Of a stretch of DNA of 64,000 bases, positions 37,809-49,790 are shown piece by piece. Where the stretch lies: contig NIVC01000152.1 of NCBI GenBank assembly GCA_002269645.1, positions 558,001-622,000 of the forward strand. Direction: 5' to 3'. The notes under the pieces were generated by a model. The model had not been told where the DNA came from. It ran no database searches and saw only the letters and a program-made list of their open reading frames with translations. A program made the translations under genes and the position numbers. The DNA comes from Macrostomum lignano. Lineage: Eukaryota. Position 1 is the first letter of the stretch. Each line of letters begins with the position of its first letter.

Positions 37809-39154
37809 TTTAAGGAAATCAATAAGCAGCCTGCTTCTATCAGCTTTTTAACTATACATGTATATTAATATGCAACTAACTAGACCAAATAGCTAATTGT
37901 ACACATTCACAGCTCAACAGCCTTTACCCCATTCTTCCTATTCATCAAATTAATGTACATTGTTAAATCAACAATGAATAGAATTGCACAGTCCTTATAT
38001 TATTTGGACCAGAACTTGGACTGCTACTAAATCAGTGAGGCTTGTGACAGTAAGACTTAACAGTTAGAGCCATTTTGCTACTTGCTTTTATACTGGGAGG
38101 GGGGCTCCCATTAATTTTTTTGGTGCACTAGAATGGACCCATGCTACTATGTGGTTAATACTACCAGTTTCTATCCAAAGAGTTTATCTGAGTTTACATA
38201 TACATGTATAATACAATATAGCCAAAAATATAAGATAAACTTATTGTCCTCAATTTCTTCAATAAGCCTTTAGTCAGCTTCAATTTGTCTTTGGTAAGGA
38301 TTATGTTAACCTTATAATTGCAGATCATGATAGTATTATGGTGCATATCACAAACCAAAGCTAGAATAGCAATAAAAGCATGCACTATCTGAAATGTTAA
38401 TTAGTGTGCCATGCAGATAGGCAGAAAATTATTCCCACAGTACTGTGAGGATAAGCATTGCCAGTTCAAAAATCGATTGCCAAGGTCTTTTTGCAAATGG
38501 TAGCAATATTTACTTGAAACCTACATTGTCTATTGTTATGTCTTCAAGGATTTAAAATTACTTGGCATCTATTATATTGTGGACTCTTGTGAGCTCTTGT
38601 AATACCTAATAGCTCATTGACTATATTAGCTCATTTTGAATGTTGCGACTTAAATACTTAAGACAATGGGGTCTTTGCATAAACTCTTTTCATCTGATCA
38701 TAAGTCTTTGTCATCTGAAACTTTCAACTTAAGGAGTTGCAGAAAATTGCTGTCATCTGATTCCTTTCATTTGATGTTCTGGCCTCATAGGCTTATTTTT
38801 TGATTGAATATATTTCAAATAAAACAGTATAACAGTAAATAAACAGAGTAAAAATGCACTTGCTAAGGTCTCAAGTAATATACCATTTTTGATTCGGAAG
38901 AATTATGAAAATGTTGTCCTCCTTTCTTTCAAACAGGCTTAAATTGTTTAGTTCACTTATAACACTAGAGAGGTCCAGCTGAACCAGTTATTTTATACAT
39001 TATACATTATTCCTGCTGCTGTAATCAACTTTAAAATTTCTCAAACAGACTGACTGTTTCACAAAACAGTAGTGCTGTAGGATTGGCCGCCAAATTGCTG
39101 GTCAGTTGTATTAAAAAATAGTCAATCAGAACAGCTGACTCCAAATTTGGCATC

Positions 39155-40188
39155 ATGGCTGCGGCGCCAGACGATGGCGCAATTGTGGTTGCCCGCTACG
39201 ACTACAAGGCCACGGACGGCTCCGAGCTCACTATACGCAAGTCCGAGCGGCTCATGCTGCTAGACGACAGTCAGCACTGGTGGAAGGTGCAAAATTCCGA
39301 AGGGAAAGAGGGCTACGTGCCCAGCAACTATATGAAGAAAGTTCGTCAAGGCCTATTCAGCTCTTTAAAGAATACGCTTACTAAAAAGAAAAGTAAAAAA
39401 GAACTGCAGCAGCAACAGCAGCAGCGTCAAAGCACTGTCGGTTCGCCGCACGGTACGACATCTGCCAGTGGCGGCGGAGCTTTCCTGCCGAAATCTGACA
39501 GCGGCGGCGACCGCCTGCTTGGCCTGGGCAGCTCACCGTTGGAGCCCGCCGCCGCTGCCGCCTCACATTTTGGCACTCATTCAAATGGCGGCGGCGGCAG
39601 TGCAGCCGGCGACTATCTGCCACCGGCGTCGGGGGCGCCTCTCCTAGGCGTCAACGGAGCCGGCGGCGACCCCGCAGTCGAAGGCGGCCGAGTAGCCGTC
39701 GCTCGCTACGCTTACCAGGCCGCCCAGGACGACGAATTGTCCATGATTAAAGGCGACCTGATCACCGTGCTGGAGGAGAGCACAGACGGTTGGTGGCGCG
39801 GTCGGCAGCTGCGCAGCGACCGCGTCGGCTGGTTCCCGTCTAATTATGTGTCTGTCGAGGCGCCAACTGTAGCAGCGGCGTTGGCAGCCGCACCGCCGGC
39901 ATCAAACATTCAATCGATGTCTTCGCCGCCTGGCCAGCAGCACTCGGCGTCCGTTCCCGCGCCTGCCGGGCCGCTAAAAATGGTGCCAGCCGTAGGCGAG
40001 GCGCCGAAATCGACATCGGCGCCGATTGCTGGACCAGCTGTCCCGGCGTCAACAGGCAGCGCCGGCCAGGACGCGATGTTCCTAGTTGAGACTTTGTACC
40101 GATTCACGGCCACGCACTCCGAGGAGATGGGCTTCCGGGAGAATGAAATCCTGCGCGTTATCGCTACGCCTGCCGACGACCCGGAGTG
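39155..40188 (+). CDS. NCK: Nck/dock exon 1: SH3-1, SH3-2 and first half of SH3-3
   Basis: VVARYDY...ELTIRKSERLMLLDDSQHWWKVQN...GYVPSNY; ARYAYQAAQDDELS...DGWWRG...GWFPSNYV; TLYRF...DDPEW; donor TG|GTAAAG. Confidence 0.96.
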
Positions 40189-40239
40189 GTAAAGTTGAAA
40201 TTCTGTAGCAATTTTCTGGGATCTTTGTCGTTTTATCTA

Positions 40240-41118
40240 CCCTGCCTAACAGGTGTTCCATCTACCCTAACAGGTGTTCTATCTAACCCTAACATGTGTT
40301 CCATCTTCCCTGTCTAATAGGTGTTCTATGTACCCTGTATAGCAGGTGTACAATCTGGCCTGTCTAACAGGTGTTCTATGTACCCTGTCTAAAAGGTGCT
40401 CTATGTACCCTGTCTAAAAGGTGTTCTATGTACCCTGTCTAAAAGGTGTTCTATGTACCCTGTCTAATAGGTGTTCCATCTACCCTAACAGGTGTTCTAT
40501 CTAACCCTAACATGTGTTCCATCTTCCCTGTCTAATAGGTGTTCTATGTACCCTGTATAGCAGGTGTACAATCTGGCCTGTCTAACAGGTGTTCTATGTA
40601 CCCTGTCTAAAAGGTGCTCTATGTACCCTGTCTAAAAGGTGTTCTATGTACCCTGTCTAAAAGGTGTTCTATGTACCCTGTCTAACAGGTGTTCTATCTA
40701 CCCTGTCTTACAGGTGCTCTATCTACCCTGTCTAACAGGTGTTCTATCTACCCTGTCTTACAGGTGCTCTATCTACCCTGTCTAACAGGTGTTCTATCTA
40801 CCCTGTCTAAAAGGTGTTCTATCTACCCTGTCTAAAAGGTGTTCTATCTACCCTGTCTAAAAGGTGTTCTATGTACCCTGTCTTACAGGTGTTCTATCTA
40901 CCCTGTCTTACAGGTGTTCTATCTACCCTGTCTAACAGGTGCTCTATGTACCCTGTCTAACAGGTGTTCTATCTACCCTGTCTAAAAGGTGTTCTATCTA
41001 CCCTGTCTAACAGGTGCTCTATCTACCCTGTCTAACAGGTGCTCTATCTACCCTGTCTAACAGGTGTTCTATCTACCCTGTCTAAAAGGTTTTCTATGTA
41101 CCCTGTCTAAAAGGTGTT
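40240..41118. repeat. 25-bp minisatellite filling Nck intron 1
   Basis: TACCCTGTCTAACAGGTGTTCTATC; includes a block duplication offset by about 218 bp. Confidence 0.93.
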
Positions 41119-41171
41119 AGAATTATGATCTAACATTTCGACATCGCATCCTGTCTAACTGTCGAATCCAG

Positions 41172-41496
41172 GTGGCTGGCCAAGAACTCTGCCGGCCAGT
41201 CGGGTCTAATACCGAAGAATTATGTTCGCGTCCTGCCGCCAAGCGGCACTACAGGAGCTGCCGAGGTCAGCCGGGGATACCAGGATCAGCAATCATCACC
41301 TCTGCCTCATCACCAACAGCAGCAGCAGCAGCCGGTTCGGGATCCGCGTCAGCAGTTTATAGACGCAGATGCGGAAGCCCAGGGTTTGGCTAATCGGCCC
41401 TACTATTGGGGCTGCATTAGTAGGGGCGAAGCGGACCGAATGCTGATGCAGATGGCCCGGCCTGGCGAGTTTATTATTCGAACGGGAGAGTCTAAT
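41172..41496 (+). CDS. NCK: Nck exon 2: rest of SH3-3 (WWLAKNSAGQSGLIPKNYV) and start of SH2 (YYWGCISRGEA...GEFIIRTGESN)
   Basis: ccAG|G acceptor completes TGG; 325 nt; AAT|GTGAGT donor. Confidence 0.95.
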
Positions 41497-41545
41497 GTGA
41501 GTCCGTCATTATTTATCAAGACTCGAGTAGTGCGGGGACGGGGGC

Positions 41546-42469
41546 AGGATCTGGGAGGATGCCGTTGACCCTGCATGTGAGGATCTGGGAGGATGCCGTT
41601 GATTCTGCAAGTGAGGATCTGGGAGGATGCCGTTGAGCCTTCAGGTGAGGATCTGGGAGGATGCCGTTGAGCCTTCAGGTGAGGATCTGGGAGGATGCCG
41701 TTGAACCTGCATGTGAGGATCTGGGAGGATGCCGTTGAGCCTTCAGGTGAGGATCTGGGAGGATGCCGTTGAACCTGCATGTGAGGATCTGGGAGGATGC
41801 CGTTGAGCCTTCAGGTGAGGATCTGGGAGGATGCCGTTGACCCTGCATGTGAGGATCTGGGAGGATGCCGTTGACCCTGCATGTGAGGATCTGGGAGGAT
41901 GCCGTTGACCCTGCATGTGAGGATCTGGGAGGATGCCGTTGACCCTGCAAGTGAGGATCTGGGAGGATGCCGTTGAGCCTTCAAGTGAGGATCTGGGAGG
42001 ATGCCGTTGACCCTGCAAGTGAGGATCTGGGAGGATGCCGTTGACCCTGCAAGTGAGGATCTGGGAGGATGCCGTTGACCCTGCAAGTGAGGATCTGGGA
42101 GGATGCCGTTGACCCTGCAAGTGAGGATCTGGGAGGATGCCGTTGACCCTGCAAGTGAGGATCTGGGAGGATCCCGTTGAGCCTTCAGGTGAGGATCTGG
42201 GAGGATGCCGTTGACCCTGCAAGTGAGGATCTGGGAGGATGCCGTTGACCCTGCAAGTGAGGATCTGGGAGGATGCCGTTGACCCTGCAAGTGAGGATCT
42301 GGGAGGATGCCGTTGACCCTGCAAGTGAGGATCTGGGAGGATGCCGTTGACCCTGCAAGTGAGGATCTGGGAGGATGCCGTTGACCCTGCAAGTGAGGAT
42401 CTGGGAGGATCCCGTTGAGCCTTCAGGTGAGGATCTGGGAGGGTGGCGGTGCCCTCCAAGTGAGGATCT
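41546..42469. repeat. 34-bp minisatellite (GAGGATCTGGGAGGATGCCGTTGACCCTGCAAGT), about 27 units
   Basis: Direct inspection. Confidence 0.95.
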
Positions 42470-43024
42470 TAATTTTTTCACCACTGACTTTATTTGGCAC
42501 AGTTGGTCACGTGTGGAATCGAGTCCAAGACCTCCCGATTGCAAAATCTATGAAAAAAATACGAGATTGTATAGTTCATAGATAAAAACTGTATTGAATG
42601 CCTGAGATAATATAAAGCCAACCTATTAGTGTTATATGAAAGTACTTTTCTACCAGTCAGGTAGTGCCACTCACTAGGGTAGAGATTTTACTATAGAACA
42701 AAAAAAGACCAACAACGGCCGGCTGCGGCATGTTCATTTCCGCGCGCCTTCTGCTTTCCGTCTTTTCGTCTGCTTCTGTCGTTGTCAACAGTGTTGAAAG
42801 AGAAGAGCGAAAGAAGACAGAAAGGAATAGAAATATTCGGGCCCTGGCGGGGGCAGCTGGAATCCGCCGGGCGCACTGTGCAATGATTGATGGAATGCCG
42901 CGACTTAGTAAAATGCAATAAGAGGAGAATTGCTGCATTGAAAGTAGAAAAGGCTGAGACTGAAAAACTTGCCGATTTCCGATACGTGTCAAAACTCAAT
43001 TTCTTCGAAATTAGACTAGACAGA

Positions 43025-44262
43025 TGCGGCAGAACCAGCTCAGCGTCTTGACACTCAGCTTGTGCTAGGGGTTGTCGTGCGATTCAAAACCAGCTTGTGC
43101 TAGGGGTTGTCATGCGATTCACAACCAGCTTGTGCTAGGGGTTGTCGTGCGATTCACAACCAGCTTGTGCTAGGGGTTGTCGTGCGATTCACAACCAGCT
43201 TGTGCTAGGGGTTGTCGTGCGATTCACAACCAGCTTGTGCTAGGGGTTGTCGTGCGATTCAAAACCAGCTTGTGCTAGGGGTTGTCATGCGATTCACAAC
43301 CAGCTTGTGCTAGGGGTTGTCGTGCGATTCACAACCAGCTTGTGCTAGGGGTTGTCATGCGATTCACAACCAGCTTGTGCTAGGGGTTGTCGTGCGATTC
43401 ACAACCAGCTTGTGCTAGGGGTTGTCGTGCGATTCACAACCAGCTTGTGCTAGGGGTTGTCGTGCGATTCACAACCAGCTTGTGCTAGGGGTTGTCGTGC
43501 GATTCACAACCAGCTTGTGCTAGGGGTTGTCGTGCGATTCAAAACCAGCTTGTGCTAGGGGTTGTCATGCGATTCACAACCAGCTTGTGCTAGGGGTTGT
43601 CGTGCGATTCACAACCAGCTTGTGCTAGGGGTTGTCATGCGATTCACAACCAGCTTGTGCTAGGGGTTGTCGTGCGATTCACAACCAGCTTGTGCTAGGG
43701 GTTGTCGTGCGATTCACAACCAGCTTGTGCTAGGGGTTGTCATGCGATTCACAACCAGCTTGTGCTAGGGGTTGTCGTGCGATTCACAACCAGCTTGTGC
43801 TAGGGGTTGTCGTGCGATTCACAACCAGCTTGTGCTAGGGGTTGTCGTGCGATTCACAACCAGCTTGTGCTAGGGGTTGTCGTGCGATTCACAACCAGCT
43901 TGTGCTAGGGGTTGTCGTGCGATTCACAACCAGCTTGTGCTAGGGGTTGTCGTGCGATTCACAACCAGCTTGTGCTAGGGGTTGTCGTGCGATTCACAAC
44001 CAGCTTGTGCTAGGGGTTGTCGTGCGATTCACAACCAGCTTGTGCTAGGGGTTGTCGTGCGATTCACAACCAGCTTGTGCTAGGGGTTGTCGTGCGATTC
44101 ACAACCAGCTTGTGCTAGGGGTTGTCGTGCGATTCACAACCCCCTAGGCGCAGAGAGTGTACATGCCTGCTGATTAGACAGTCAGGGCCGCTGTACACCC
44201 TGTGTGAGCGTGTACGCTTGTATGTGCTCAGGAGTCAGCGGAATGGGCAGAATTGCCGATAC
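43025..44262 (+). mobile_element. SINE family A copy whose middle has expanded into a 35-bp array
   Basis: SINE 3' body resumes exactly at the array end (44141); a head-like remnant lies before 43056. Confidence 0.7.
43056..44140. repeat. 35-bp hairpin-containing minisatellite, 31 units
   Basis: CAGCTTGTGCTAGGGGTTGTCGTGCGATTCACAAC; 1085 bp = 31 x 35. Confidence 0.95.
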
Positions 44263-44751
44263 CAAATTGACAATTTAACAAACCCAAAAGTATACTGAAT
44301 ACCTTAAAGCATGCAACTGTGAAACAAGTGCTTTCCTTTTTAAAAAATATTCATGAATAAATTTGTCATTCATTGTACTCTTACGGTAATGCCTCCAGTT
44401 TTGCAGCTTCACAGTATGTTTACACATGCATATCCAGCTTCTGCCCCGCCGATAAGGGGAGGCTTTCGTTGTCCGTCAAATTCTTCCCAATCCGTCACTC
44501 CATCTCATCGCCCGGGATTGATTAAATGAAGAAAAGCTGTTCTGCTTGAATTTTCGAGTATCACGCCCGTCGTCCGTGCCTCGTTTTCTGCTTCTAGTAG
44601 ATTTCTAAGAATTCTTGAGAATATTCAGCGAATCAATGAGGGTTCCGCTTCTTTCCAATCTCTGCATTCCTAGTTTGTATTTTGTAAATCTAATCAGTGT
44701 GCAAATTCTTATGCTTGTTCGAGGTATGTAGAATACTAAATACGAGGGGCA

Positions 44752-45120
44752 TGCCCAGCAACTGGGAGGCCGGCCCAGCAGCTGAAGATCTGGGAGGCTG
44801 GCCCAGCAACTGAGGATCTGGGAGGCTGGCCCAGCGACTGAGAGTCAGGGAGGATGGCCCAGCAACTGAGGATCTGGGAGGATGGCCCAGCAACTGAGGA
44901 TCTGGGAGGATGGCCCAGCAACTGAGGATCTGGGAGGCTGGCCCAGCGACTGAGAGTCTGGGAGGATGGCCTAACAACGGAATCTGGAAAGATGGCCTAG
45001 CAACAGGGGATCTAGAAAGATGGCCTAACAACAGGGTATCTGGGAAGATGGCCTAGCAACAGGGAATCTAAGAAGATGGCCTAGCAACTAAGTGAGAATC
45101 TAGGAGGGAGGCAGTGGCTC
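44752..45120. repeat. 28-bp family array in GAGGATCTGGGAGG orientation
   Basis: CAGCAACTGAGGATCTGGGAGGCTGGCC, degenerate after about 44960. Confidence 0.88.
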
Positions 45121-45859
45121 AATACCTGAGGAGGGTGGCAATTCAGTGTGTCGATCGACGATCCCCAGATGTCAGGTTTTTCAGATTTTCAATCTGAAAG
45201 ATTCTAAGGCCTAAACTAAAAATGTTGATGCACTGGCAGTGTGCCTGATCTGACTGCTCTCCTCTCCTAGATTGATTCAGCGAGTCCAGTTCATGCGATC
45301 GATGCGAGTAATGAAGCGTGGGTGGCTGGGGCCGAATGGATGAGGATGCATCTTGAGCACACGACCTTGGAGACTGCGGGAGCAGAATAATTGATGACCA
45401 TGTCCGTAGCCGATCACATCTGCAATAATTCCTCACTCTAACCTTCTATACGATTATATCTTAATTATTAACTGTACACTGGCTTTCTTCGTCAAGATTG
45501 TGGGTCCAAAATCATGGTGCCAATTGGCACTCTTCAAAATTTCTAATTTAACTATTTAAATCTCAATTTTCTAATCTTAATCCTCATCATTTTAACCCTG
45601 AAAATTCCTGGTAAAAAGTTTTAAGATGGCTGTTACGAGCTGGACTCATTACTCATTCAACTTTTTTCATACACGCGAGTTGAGGCAAGAAAATACCTAT
45701 ACTTTGAGAATAATCTCTGGAATTGTATTTTGTCTCTTTTGTCACATCATTGACCATGTCGATTTAATAGCAGATATTCGTTATCATAATTATCAGTTGG
45801 AATAGCAGACCATTTTATGTTTTAGAAATCTTTAAAAACTCTGACTCAACAGTCCACTA

Positions 45860-46905
45860 AGATCCTCAGTTACTGGGCCAGCCTCCCAGATCCTCAGTTA
45901 CTGGGCCAGCCTCCCAGATCCTCAGTTTCTGGGCCACAATCCCAGATTGTGGAAGTGTAGCTCGTCTAACAAATAGTAGGAAAATAAACGTCAACAAAAA
46001 CATAAAAAGTAAACTTTGTTTAATTCTAGCCAACGCGTTTCGTCAAACACAAGACGTCGTCAGGGCAAATTCAATCAACCTAAGATCACACCACCAATAT
46101 ATTTAAGCAAAAATCACTGTACACAGAGGCGGGTCAAAACAGTCCGGTAGAATTTAGAAAGTGCCAAGTACACAACAAAGTGAGAGAAAGAAAAAAAAAT
46201 AAATTGGCACGGCTCTGCTCACAGTACTCTTAGCTCACACATTACACATTGTTTCTGTCTTATGACTGTCTTATTAAATTTCTTAATAAGACAGTCATAG
46301 TTACTTCTGCCGTTTACCCAGAGTTGCGTTAATTTTGATTTAGGGTTTTTTCGCATTTTTGGCCAAAAACTACGTTGCATTTTTGTTAAAACTAAGTCGC
46401 ACGGCCGACCGAATTTTGGAGGTTGCGCATGTATGGCCACAATCCCAGATCCTCAGCTTCGGGGCCAGCCTCCCAGATCCTCAGTTGCTTGGACAGCCTC
46501 CTAGCTCCTCAGTTGCTTGGACAGCCTTCCAGATCCTCCGTTGCTGGGCCAGCCTCCCAGAGTGTCAGTTGCTGGGCCAGCCACCCAGATTCTCAGTTGC
46601 TGGGTCAGCCTCTCAGATCCCCAGTTTCTGGGCCAGCCTCCCAGATCCTCAGTTACTGGGCCACCAGCCTCCCAGATCCTCAGTTGCTGGGCCACCAGTC
46701 TCTCAGATCCTCAGTTGCTGGGCCACCAGCCTCCCAGATCCTCAGTTGCTGGGCCACCAGTCTCTCAGATCCTCAGTTGCTGGACCAGCCTCCCATATCC
46801 TCAGTTGCTGGGCCAGCCTCCCATATCCTCAGTTGCTGGGTCAGCCTCCCAGATCCTCAGTTGCTGGGCCAGCCTCCCAGATCCCCAGTTGCTGGACCAG
46901 CCCTC
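45860..46905. repeat. 28-bp family arrays in CCTCCCAGATCCTC orientation (45860-45947 and 46435-46905)
   Basis: Reverse complement of the 44.8-kb array. Confidence 0.88.
46022..46071 (-). ncRNA. Minimal type I hammerhead ribozyme motif of the Penelope-like-element type
   Basis: Minus strand reads GCC-CTGACGA-C-GTC-ttgtgttt-GAC-GAAA-CGCG-TT-GGC: conserved core, stem II, palindromic stem III (ACGCGT), GUU cleavage triplet and a GCC/GGC stem I. Confidence 0.65.
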
Positions 46906-46979
46906 ACGCTTAAGCACTTTGCTCACCATAATGAAGCTGAACCATGACTAACGCAATGCCTCCCGCCTTCCCCACCCAG

Positions 46980-47210
46980 CCGAGCGACCTCACCCTGACC
47001 ATGCGGGCGCGGGAGAAGAATCGCAATTTCAAGATCCGCCGAATTCCCGAGTCCAACGGCCTTCGCTACAACATCGGGCAGAAGTACTTTAACAGCCTGG
47101 AGGATCTGGTCAAGCACTATATGGAGCACCCGATATTCCGGTCAACTGACGAGAGATGCCATCTGGCTGGCGCTTTCCAGCATCCCAGCCTGTCGGGATC
47201 TCAGCTGTAG
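46980..47210 (+). CDS. NCK: Nck exon 3: C-terminal SH2 (PSDLTLTMRAREKNRNFKI...YNIGQKYFNSLEDLVKHYMEHPIF), stop TAG
   Basis: cccAG acceptor in phase 0; total CDS 1590 nt = 529 aa plus stop. Confidence 0.95.
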   Translation, partial: PSDLTLTMRAREKNRNFKIRRIPESNGLRYNIGQKYFNSLEDLVKHYMEHPIFRSTDERCHLAGAFQHPSLSGSQL

Positions 47211-47714
47211 AAGCCCCATCTAATTGGCAGTTCAGCGCCATTGGCAACCCCAGTGGTTTCCATCCTAGTAGAATATTATTACTGTGTCATTGTGGTGTCT
47301 TTTTTCATTTTTTTATTCTGACGGCGTACGACTAGCACTGGATGACAGACAAGCACTTGACCGCTTTTTCTCACCTCAGCTTATCGGCAATTTTTCATTT
47401 TCTTATATTTTTGTTCTCATATCTGTTTGTGCAATTTTCTGTTCTTTATTAACTGTGCATGTCAAATAGAGAAGAATTATAAGTAGTTGCGTAAATATTT
47501 GAAAATTGCATCAACTCCGCTCTCTTGCGTACTTATGAGTAGTCAAATCTGCTTTTTGGTCGTTCATTTTTTGTTCAGTTGTCTACCATTAATTTGATTC
47601 TTTTTTACAATTAAACTGGCTTTATTAGACTGTTTAGTGTCTAGTTTAACTGAATCCGTGCTCCTAAACTCACTTCTACTATTGCCCCTATTGACCAATT
47701 AGGACACTTGAACT

Positions 47715-48860
47715 CACCCCAGAGAGCCGACACCCCATAGCCTCACCCCAAAGAACCAGCACCCCTTAGACTCACCCCAGAGAACCAGCACCCCTTAGAC
47801 TCGCCCCAGAGAACCGGCACCCCTTAGACTCACCCCAGAGAGCCGACACCCCTTAGACTCACCCCAGAGAACCAGCACCCCTTAGACTCACCCCAGAGAA
47901 CCAGCACCCCTTAGACTCACCCCAGAGAACCGGCACCCCTTAGACTCACCCCAGAGAACCAGCACCCCTTAGACTCACCCCAGAGAACCGGCACCCCTTA
48001 GACTCACCCAAGAGAACCGGCACCCCTTAGACTCACCCCAGAGAACCGGCACCCCTTAGACTCACCCAAGAGAACCGGCACCCCTTAGACTCACCCAAGA
48101 GAACCGGCACCCCTTAGACTCACCCCAGAGAACCGGCACCCCTTAGACTCACCCCAGAGAACCGGCACCCCTTAGACTCACCCCAGAGAACCGGCACCCC
48201 TTAGACTCACCCCAGAGAACCGGCACCCCTTAGACTCACCCCAGAGAACCGGCACCCCTTAGACTCACCCAAGAGAACCGGCACCCCTTAGACTCACCCA
48301 AGAGAACCGGCACCCCTTAGACTCACCCCAGAGAACCAGCACCCTTAGACTCACCCCAGAGAACCGGTACCCCTTAGACTCACCCCAGAGAACCGGTACC
48401 CCTTAGACTCACCCCAGAGAACCGGCACCCCTTAGACTCACCCCAGAGAACCGGTACCCCTTAGACTCACCCCAGAGAACCGGCACCCCTTAGACTCACC
48501 CAAGAGAACCGGCACCCCTTAGACTCACCCAAGAGAACCGGCACCCCTTAGACTCACCCCAGAGAACCGGCACCCCTTAGACTCACCCCAGAGAACCGGC
48601 ACCCCTTAGACTCACCCCAGAGAACCGGCACCCCTTAGACTCACCCCAGAGAACCGGCACCCCTTAGACTCACCCCAGAGAACCGGCACCCCTTAGACTC
48701 ACCCAAGAGAACCGGCACCCCTTAGACTCACCCAAGAGAACCGGCACCCCTTAGACTCACCCCAGAGAACCAGCACCCTTAGACTCACCCCAGAGAACCG
48801 GTACCCCTTAGACTCACCCCAGAGAACCGGCACCCCTTAGACTCACACCACATAACCAGC
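47715..48860. repeat. 29-bp minisatellite (CACCCCAGAGAACCGGCACCCCTTAGACT) between the Nck and tetraspanin stops
   Basis: Direct inspection. Confidence 0.95.
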
Positions 48861-49790
48861 AGATAAAATTTTGATAAATTTTCACACCCATGGGACTAAT
48901 GTATTGAATGTATAGTATTAAGATTTCTGTAGATAAATGCCGCAATAAAAGCATTTGAGAGTGCAATAGATGAATACTGTTTAGAACCAGCAGTTAAGTT
49001 AATCTTAAGTAATTTTTGAGCTGTAAAAAATCTCCGGTACAGTGGTTTTTTTCATTTATAGACGAAGTACATTTTTAGTATTTTAACATTATTATTATTA
49101 CTCGAACTGTTGACCTGACCGAACTGTGCGGGCTTCAATTTATCGGTGAGTAATTAACGGCCACTCGCATTTTGCAGCTCCCTTGTTTCCGTGGACCCTG
49201 CATGCTGTCCCTGCATAACCCTAATAATCTCCCTTCTTTTTTACAGTGCCCATTTTGCAAAGTCTGTGTGGGCAAGTATTAATTTTGCTTTTGCTTTTTT
49301 ACTATATTATATATATCTGCCCCTTCCACTATCCTCGCTGTAATTAATGAGTGTAATTATTAAATATGACTCACAGAGGGATCAAACAGAGAGAGACAGT
49401 CAGATAGTGTCCACTGTCTCATGCCGCTTGTATTTACCTGAATACCTGAATGTCCTGCAGTCCTTTATTAGTACTTCTAGCTACATGGGACAAATATTGT
49501 CATCATTTTGCTGTAGTGAATAAAATTAAATAAATAAACATAGTAAAATAAAGCTTAAATATCTATATCTATATATTATATAAATATTACTGATAAAATT
49601 GCACTTGTGCCATTAATGTTTATATATACATTTTACAAATGAAAGTTCTTCGTACACGTGTTTGCTTATTTAATTATTATTATTATTATTATTATACTTG
49701 TACACATAAAGCAACTCGGGCTAGGTCTAATACGCTCGCATAATAGTCAATCAATGCTAACGGTCTCGGCTGGGCGGCCAGTTGCTATGG

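Noticed and set aside
43056-44140. CRISPR array
   Set aside because: 35-bp palindromic repeats but no unique spacers, no cas genes, a eukaryotic intron context, and the unit derives from a SINE.
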